Of a stretch of DNA of 64,000 bases, positions 63,101 through 64,000 are shown in pieces. The notes under the pieces are model-generated. The model was not told where the DNA came from and searched no databases. It worked only from the letters and a program-made list of their open reading frames with translations. The translations under genes and the position numbers were made by a program. Source of the DNA: Octopus bimaculoides (taxonomy: Eukaryota); assembly GCF_001194135.2 (NCBI RefSeq), contig NC_068985.1, positions 25,505,291 through 25,569,290 on the forward strand, given 5' to 3'. Each line of letters starts with the position of its first letter. The first letter of the stretch is position 1.

Positions 63101-63226
63101 GACTTCTTTTGATTCCTGTGAGACACTTTTTAGCACATAGACAGAATTAGTATTTGAATTGATACCAAAGAATGATGCACTGTCATCCTGACCAACCACA
63201 TCCAGCTTTATGGCACTACCATTTAA
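823..63226 (-). CDS. Partial giant cadherin-repeat (Fat/Dachsous/CDH23-like, atypical) gene: 37 exons, ~1,903 aa, ~18 EC repeats, open at both ends
   Basis: 37 stop-free phase-0 exons with AG/GT ends translate to repeated cadherin-fold motifs (AxD..P, PxF...Y...I.E...G..V..V.A.DxD, Y.I.G....F.I...TG.I....L); no signal peptide, TM or cytoplasmic region seen. Confidence 0.92.
1289..2250 (+). mobile_element. Decayed mariner (Tc1/mariner, DD34D-type) transposase
   Basis: [13 protein letters not shown].. then [48 protein letters not shown]; later [51 protein letters not shown]; several frameshifts and stops. Confidence 0.92.
2372..2470. repeat. (AGAC)n(AGAT)n compound tetranucleotide repeat
   Basis: Direct reading. 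Confidence 0.97.
2509..2691 (-). CDS. Cadherin exon E36 (type A, 61 aa) [61 protein letters not shown]
   Basis: ttgcag| ... |gtaaga, 183 nt. Confidence 0.94.
3695..3912 (-). mobile_element. tRNA-derived SINE family 1 (A/B boxes on minus strand; central GCCTTTCATCC..GGGGTCGATAAA..AAGTACCAG resembles the MetaSINE domain)
   Basis: About 11 related copies: 3695, 21640 (opposite strand), 24140, 25345, 34700, 39710, 47850, 49350, 52507, 52762, 54640; B-box GAGTTCAAATTCC. The Meta-domain label is from recall and not verified. Confidence 0.8.
4522..4647 (-). CDS. Cadherin exon E35 (type B, 42 aa) [42 protein letters not shown]
   Basis: tattag| ... |gtaagt, 126 nt. Confidence 0.93.
4984..5169 (-). 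CDS. Cadherin exon E34 (type A, 62 aa) [62 protein letters not shown]
   Basis: ttttag| ... |gttagt, 186 nt. Confidence 0.94.
5385..5600. mobile_element. Old inverted copy of the piggyBac-like MITE at 53629-53850
   Basis: Shares AAATATTCTACCTGTTTTATG and CATGATTAATTCAAAACAAT blocks in reverse complement. Confidence 0.6.
6660..7700. mobile_element. ~1 kb element with ~270-bp terminal inverted repeats (foldback/MITE-like)
   Basis: 6666-6933 is the reverse complement of 7431-7694 with scattered mismatches and indels; ~500-bp non-coding spacer. Confidence 0.8.
8088..8219 (-). CDS. Cadherin exon E33 (type B, 44 aa) [44 protein letters not shown]
   Basis: tgacag| ... |gtaagt, 132 nt. Confidence 0.92.
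8923..9114 (-). CDS. Cadherin exon E32 (type A, 64 aa) [64 protein letters not shown]
   Basis: ttcaag| ... |gtgagc, 192 nt; lacks DxD. Confidence 0.88.
10238..10641 (+). mobile_element. (GAT)n-tailed retroposon 3' segment with four ~65-bp internal tandem units
   Basis: GGAGTGGTTGGC.TTAGGAAGGGCATCCAGCTGTA...CCAACCCATGCCAGCATGGAAA..GGACGTTAAACGATGATGAT; other copies at ~9490, 16190, 18930, 20470, 26965, 30300, 51290 (+) and 58140 (-). Confidence 0.88.
11199..11327 (-). CDS. Cadherin exon E31 (type B, 43 aa) [43 protein letters not shown]
   Basis: atgcag| ... |gtaagt, 129 nt. Confidence 0.93.
11790..11965 (-). mobile_element. 3' end fragment of a CR1/Jockey-group LINE
   Basis: Translation [35 protein letters not shown] matches the typical post-RT C-terminus. 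Confidence 0.7.
13030..13212 (-). CDS. Cadherin exon E30 (type A, 61 aa) [61 protein letters not shown]
   Basis: tttcag| ... |gtaatg, 183 nt; not in the ORF track. Confidence 0.94.
13414..13649. mobile_element. hAT-type MITE
   Basis: Ends CAGTGGTTATCAAC ... GAGAACCCCTG form an imperfect TIR; no clear TSD. Confidence 0.6.
13660..13810 (+). mobile_element. RTE-clade LINE C-terminal fragment
   Basis: [26 protein letters not shown] resembles the GRGRPKKTW.EV...DL end of 29800-30030. Confidence 0.65.
14031..14302. other. Largest assembly gap (272 N); other gaps near 3378, 6414, 12277, 31750, 36495, 48914, 50148, 51643, 56702
   Basis: N runs, nearly all flanked by (TA)n or (CA)n repeats. Confidence 0.99.
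14400..14880 (-). mobile_element. Decayed RTE (BovB-like) LINE 3' end
   Basis: [40 protein letters not shown] and terminal WICNLCG..H Cys/His motif. Confidence 0.55.
15160..15790 (-). mobile_element. Decayed RTE-like LINE fragment
   Basis: Pyrimidine-rich plus strand; minus frames give broken VLRR...KM.GEG..KVG C-terminal RTE-like motifs. Confidence 0.45.
16543..16668 (-). CDS. Cadherin exon E29 (type B, 42 aa) [42 protein letters not shown]
   Basis: ttgcag| ... |gtaaga, 126 nt. Confidence 0.93.
17270..17512 (-). mobile_element. tRNA-derived SINE family 2 (related copies 22840-23163 minus, 44235-44520 plus)
   Basis: Minus strand begins GTGGCATAGTGGTTAGGGTGTTGCACTCATGATCACAAGATCGTGGTTTCAGTTCC (tRNA-like A/B boxes). 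Confidence 0.75.
17548..17730 (-). CDS. Cadherin exon E28 (type A, 61 aa) [61 protein letters not shown]
   Basis: tttcag| ... |gtaatt, 183 nt. Confidence 0.94.
18320..18560 (+). mobile_element. 3' fragment of an RLE-type (CRE-like) non-LTR retrotransposon; second copy ~45553-45700 on minus strand
   Basis: [24 protein letters not shown]...[23 protein letters not shown] matches the FxPxxxETxG...FQRLSxAVQRGNAxxV C-terminus. Confidence 0.8.
19503..19634 (-). CDS. Cadherin exon E27 (type B, 44 aa) [44 protein letters not shown]
   Basis: ttgcag| ... |gtaagt, 132 nt. Confidence 0.93.
19790..20350 (-). mobile_element. RTE-clade LINE 3' fragment
   Basis: [21 protein letters not shown] / [34 protein letters not shown]. 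Confidence 0.7.
20978..21120 (-). pseudogene. Fossil (pseudo-)exon: decayed copy of a type A exon most similar to E28
   Basis: Core aligns to E28 at about 75-80% nt ([13 protein letters not shown] / [18 protein letters not shown] vs [35 protein letters not shown]); 7-nt frameshifting deletion, GT donor lost. Confidence 0.8.
21229..21411 (-). CDS. Cadherin exon E26 (type A, 61 aa) [61 protein letters not shown]
   Basis: ttgcag| ... |gtaagt, 183 nt; most textbook-like EC segment. Confidence 0.95.
22396..22518 (-). CDS. Cadherin exon E25 (type B, 41 aa) [41 protein letters not shown]
   Basis: tttaag| ... |gtaagc, 123 nt. Confidence 0.93.
23561..23737 (-). CDS. Cadherin exon E24 (type A, 59 aa) [59 protein letters not shown]
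   Basis: gaacag| ... |gtaaga, 177 nt; linker and DxD both degenerate. Confidence 0.9.
23807..23873. repeat. (AG)n microsatellite inside the 208-nt intron E23-E24
   Basis: Direct reading; reads as a (CT)n pyrimidine tract on the coding strand. Confidence 0.95.
23946..24065 (-). CDS. Cadherin exon E23 (type B, 40 aa) [40 protein letters not shown]
   Basis: tttcag| ... |gtgagt, 120 nt. Confidence 0.91.
24430..25308. mobile_element. Mariner derivative built from two inverted left ends (TA-flanked)
   Basis: TA|TGAGGTCTGATCAATAAGTATC ... GATACTTATTGATCAGCCCACA|TA; plus strand has an HTH fragment ([33 protein letters not shown]); minus strand has [12 protein letters not shown]. Confidence 0.88.
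26689..26868 (-). CDS. Cadherin exon E22 (type A, 60 aa) [60 protein letters not shown]
   Basis: tttcag| ... |gtatga, 180 nt. Confidence 0.93.
27615..28039 (+). mobile_element. Full-length tRNA-derived SINE family 3 with internal (TA/TG)n and (GAGTAAA)n tail; CORE-like GGCACCTTGGGCAAG motif
   Basis: A/B boxes TGGCTGTGTGGTAAG / GGTTCATTCCC; fragments at ~10075, 10960, 19120, 56600, 58500, 60100. Confidence 0.85.
29100..30569 (+). mobile_element. 5'-truncated RTE-clade LINE: RT 3' half, Cys-rich insert, 3' UTR and (GAT)n tail
   Basis: ELLYADD at 29121-29141; C..C...HKRCS....C..C insert; FCYLG-like YCYLG; GRGRFRKTW; continues into the UTR shared with the short (GAT)n-tailed copies. Confidence 0.9.
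30644..30769 (-). CDS. Cadherin exon E21 (type B, 42 aa) [42 protein letters not shown]
   Basis: ttacag| ... |gtaagt, 126 nt. Confidence 0.92.
30885..31016. mobile_element. ~130-bp MITE with ~26-bp TIRs; second copy 33283-33413
   Basis: AATGGGG..GGTTTATGGGATTA ... TAATCCCATAAACC..CCCATT in both copies. Confidence 0.8.
32095..32277 (-). CDS. Cadherin exon E20 (type A, 61 aa) [61 protein letters not shown]
   Basis: tttcag| ... |gtaagt, 183 nt. Confidence 0.93.
32836..33260 (-). mobile_element. Non-autonomous hAT element retaining the transposase C-terminal (dimerisation) tail
   Basis: TIR CAGGGCCGGATT / AATCCAGCACTG; 8-bp TSD GATGTAAA/GATGTAGA; internal [30 protein letters not shown]. Confidence 0.82.
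34461..34679. repeat. ~220-bp near-perfect palindrome (foldback MITE)
   Basis: ~100-bp arms TTGGTTTTCTGAAA.CATGCTTACTC... / ...GAGTAAGCATGCTTTCAGAAAACCAA with a short loop. Confidence 0.9.
35059..35172 (-). CDS. Cadherin exon E19 (type B, 38 aa) [38 protein letters not shown]
   Basis: acttag| ... |gtgagt, 114 nt. Confidence 0.88.
35748..35930 (-). CDS. Cadherin exon E18 (type A, 61 aa) [61 protein letters not shown]
   Basis: taccag| ... |gtaagt, 183 nt; not in the ORF track. Confidence 0.93.
36165..36494. repeat. Identical 135-bp direct repeat (36165-36299 / 36360-36494) abutting a gap
   Basis: Exact duplication with 195-bp offset. Confidence 0.9.
36800..36925 (-). CDS. Cadherin exon E17 (type B, 42 aa) [42 protein letters not shown]
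   Basis: ccacag| ... |gtaagt, 126 nt. Confidence 0.92.
37450..37638 (-). CDS. Cadherin exon E16 (type A, 63 aa) [63 protein letters not shown]
   Basis: attcag| ... |gtaagt, 189 nt. Confidence 0.94.
37900..38430 (-). mobile_element. Possible highly decayed Penelope-like RT fragment
   Basis: Broken frame ..[24 protein letters not shown].. resembles the PLE RT N-terminal region. Confidence 0.35.
38988..39122 (-). CDS. Cadherin exon E15 (type B, 45 aa) [45 protein letters not shown]
   Basis: ttacag| ... |gtaaga, 135 nt. Confidence 0.92.
40177..40350 (-). CDS. Cadherin exon E14 (type A, 58 aa) [58 protein letters not shown]
   Basis: tttcag| ... |gtaagt, 174 nt. Confidence 0.93.
40578..40800 (+). 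mobile_element. Penelope-like element RT fragment
   Basis: [42 protein letters not shown] resembles LD.FL.P....PSYI.DT.DF....L.T.DV.SLY..I.H. Confidence 0.75.
41480..42440 (-). mobile_element. L1/Tx1-clade LINE 3' fragment
   Basis: zf-RVT-like [25 protein letters not shown] (CxxC..T..H....C). Confidence 0.75.
42704..42829 (-). CDS. Cadherin exon E13 (type B, 42 aa) [42 protein letters not shown]
   Basis: ttttag| ... |gtaaga, 126 nt. Confidence 0.92.
43588..43764 (-). CDS. Cadherin exon E12 (type A, 59 aa) [59 protein letters not shown]
   Basis: ctacag| ... |gtaagt, 177 nt; AKDAGVP motif; lacks DxD. Confidence 0.92.
45175..45303 (-). CDS. Cadherin exon E11 (type B, 43 aa) [43 protein letters not shown]
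   Basis: acacag| ... |gtaagt, 129 nt. Confidence 0.93.
45830..46430 (-). mobile_element. Mariner 5' fragment (left TIR and HTH region)
   Basis: [46 protein letters not shown]; TIR-like GTAGTATTAAAAAGTTCCTGGAA. Confidence 0.8.
46544..46729 (-). CDS. Cadherin exon E10 (type A, 62 aa) [62 protein letters not shown]
   Basis: tttcag| ... |gtaaga, 186 nt; classic AKDDGTPP motif. Confidence 0.95.
46941..47324 (+). mobile_element. Young tRNA-derived SINE (family 4) with 13-bp TSD AGTGCTGTAACAG
   Basis: TSD at 46928-46940 and 47325-47337; A/B boxes TGGCCCAGTGGTTAGG / GGTTTCGATTCC; highly similar copy at 59168. Confidence 0.92.
48394..48540 (-). CDS. Cadherin exon E9 (type B, 49 aa) [49 protein letters not shown]
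   Basis: tttcag| ... |gttagt, 147 nt; YEIIGDD.A..YF.I...TG motif. Confidence 0.92.
49753..49932 (-). CDS. Cadherin exon E8 (type A, 60 aa) [60 protein letters not shown]
   Basis: catcag| ... |gtaagt, 180 nt. Confidence 0.93.
50602..50675. repeat. Short hairpin/mini inverted repeat GAATGGAGATTTGCACAT ... ATGTGCAAATCTCCATTC
   Basis: 18-bp perfect arms. Confidence 0.85.
50700..51290 (-). mobile_element. RLE-type (R4/Dong-like) LINE 3' fragment
   Basis: [23 protein letters not shown] / [36 protein letters not shown]...PIIIGALG (PD..D restriction-like endonuclease). Confidence 0.85.
51946..52074 (-). CDS. Cadherin exon E7 (type B, 43 aa) [43 protein letters not shown]
   Basis: taacag| ... |gtaagt, 129 nt. 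Confidence 0.9.
52507..53017 (-). mobile_element. Head-to-tail dimer of SINE family 1 embedded in (AAT)n
   Basis: Copies 52507-52719 and 52762-52952 separated and followed by (AAT)n. Confidence 0.88.
53293..53466 (-). CDS. Cadherin exon E6 (type A, 58 aa) [58 protein letters not shown]
   Basis: ttttag| ... |gtaagt, 174 nt; ARDNGSP motif; lacks DxD. Confidence 0.92.
53629..53850. mobile_element. piggyBac-like MITE
   Basis: TTAA|CCCTTTAG ... CTAAAGGG|TTAA ends. Confidence 0.85.
55224..55355 (-). CDS. Cadherin exon E5 (type B, 44 aa) [44 protein letters not shown]
   Basis: ttcaag| ... |gtaaat, 132 nt; not in the ORF track (too short). Confidence 0.92.
55590..56450 (+). mobile_element. CR1-clade LINE RT 3' half (decayed)
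   Basis: [44 protein letters not shown]; DEPT..NSL C-terminus. Confidence 0.85.
56985..57250 (+). mobile_element. Helitron/Helentron-associated (HINE/DINE-like) non-autonomous element with a duplicated 3' end
   Basis: AAATTTGAATGAAATCGGTTG..GTTTTAG..(ACAG/AC)n CATTCTCAGTTTTATA.ATATAGAT, present twice. Confidence 0.55.
57572..57760 (-). CDS. Cadherin exon E4 (type A, 63 aa) [63 protein letters not shown]
   Basis: ttgtag| ... |gtaagt, 189 nt. Confidence 0.92.
57925..58050 (-). CDS. Cadherin exon E3 (type B, 42 aa) [42 protein letters not shown]
   Basis: tttcag| ... |gtaagt, 126 nt. Confidence 0.9.
58780..59900 (-). mobile_element. CR1-clade LINE 3' fragment interrupted by a SINE
   Basis: Same family as 55590-56450 (FRTRDQK..LKQLN...RESWERYVV then ..[24 protein letters not shown]). 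Confidence 0.8.
59168..59547 (+). mobile_element. Young SINE family 4 copy with 12-bp TSD ATATCACTACAT
   Basis: TSD at 59156-59167 and 59548-59559. Confidence 0.92.
61189..61371 (-). CDS. Cadherin exon E2 (type A, 61 aa) [61 protein letters not shown]
   Basis: tttttag| ... |gtatgt, 183 nt; RNQFGP linker, ATDRD. Confidence 0.9.
63095..63226 (-). CDS. Cadherin exon E1 (type B, 44 aa) [44 protein letters not shown]
   Basis: ttggtag| acceptor, |gtaagt donor, 132 nt; GxD.A..F.I motif; more diverged than the other B exons. Confidence 0.8.
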
Positions 63227-64000
63227 CTACCAAATAAAAGAAAAAGAGTATATATATATATATATACATGCACACACACACACGTTTGTGTACATATACA
63301 TATATATATATGTTCCTACACACATACACACATAAACACATATAATATAGAAATGTGCTAGCAAGTATGACATATAGCCAAAGGTTTATAGACTCTGTAG
63401 AAAGTTACCCACTCCACTCCTACGCTCGGTTTCATAAGTAAAGGTTATCATATCTCTGGACAGGTTAATGTGTGGAATTCAAGCTGTGTTATGGGAATAA
63501 TCAACACAGAAATCATAACTGGTACTTTAAGCTTTATAAACATACACTTGTTTCAGTAAACTGATTGCCATTATTATGCAATGCAATTCGCTAGATTGCA
63601 TAATGCAGTCAAATCACCTCCTTGGCATTCTCAGCAAAAATGTCAAGCTTTGTGGTATGTATGCCATAACATATTCCAACTATTCAAATTATGTTCAGTA
63701 TCATTGGTATGGCAGAATAGGTGAAAATGTGTGAGGCAGGATGATGTTCAGAGACAATAGATCAACAGCTGATGAGAGGAGGTTAGTGCTGGTCATACCG
63801 TCCCTTCAGCAACAACAACAACAATGACAAAAACAATAGCATCTAAAGCACAAACAGTCTGTGGTTAATCTCATAAAGTGAGCTGAAACAATAAGTTAGT
63901 TGTTATGATAGTTTTATAGCATCAGTTTAAATAACTTCAGCTTAGGCAAACATTTGCCTTCAATGTTAAGTTTATATACACTTCCATAGTTCCAGAATGG

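Noticed and set aside
823-63226. Calling the gene a clustered protocadherin, or giving it a symbol such as Fat4, Ds or CDH23
   Set aside because: More than 6 ECs, multi-exon ectodomain and non-canonical linkers; orthology cannot be established without the termini and a phylogeny

Overview
AT-rich, microsatellite-laden animal genomic DNA with several short N-gaps. The repeat content looks like an octopus or other coleoid cephalopod, which is an inference. The whole window is the interior of one very large minus-strand gene encoding a string of cadherin (EC) repeats. I traced 37 exons by hand, each with canonical AG/GT ends, a length divisible by 3 and no stop codon. They splice into an open ~1,903-aa frame covering about 18 EC repeats; no start, signal peptide, TM segment or stop lies in the window. 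The exons alternate strictly between type A (58-64 codons; F-G strands, inter-domain linker, A-B strands) and type B (38-49 codons; C-D-E strands), and every intron is phase 0. No linker has the canonical DxNDN and no B exon has LDRE/LDYE, while DxD is mostly kept, so calcium binding is predicted to be partial or lost. The repeats show a two-domain higher-order period, and a frameshifted fossil exon copy sits in one intron. This is not a clustered-protocadherin layout. Introns carry decayed mariner, hAT, piggyBac-like and Helitron-like DNA elements, RTE, CR1, L1/Tx1, RLE-type and Penelope-like retroelement fragments, several tRNA-derived SINE families, long inverted repeats and many simple repeats. 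Most listed ORFs outside the exons are microsatellite or transposon artefacts. Exons are numbered E1-E37 in transcription order (high to low coordinate).
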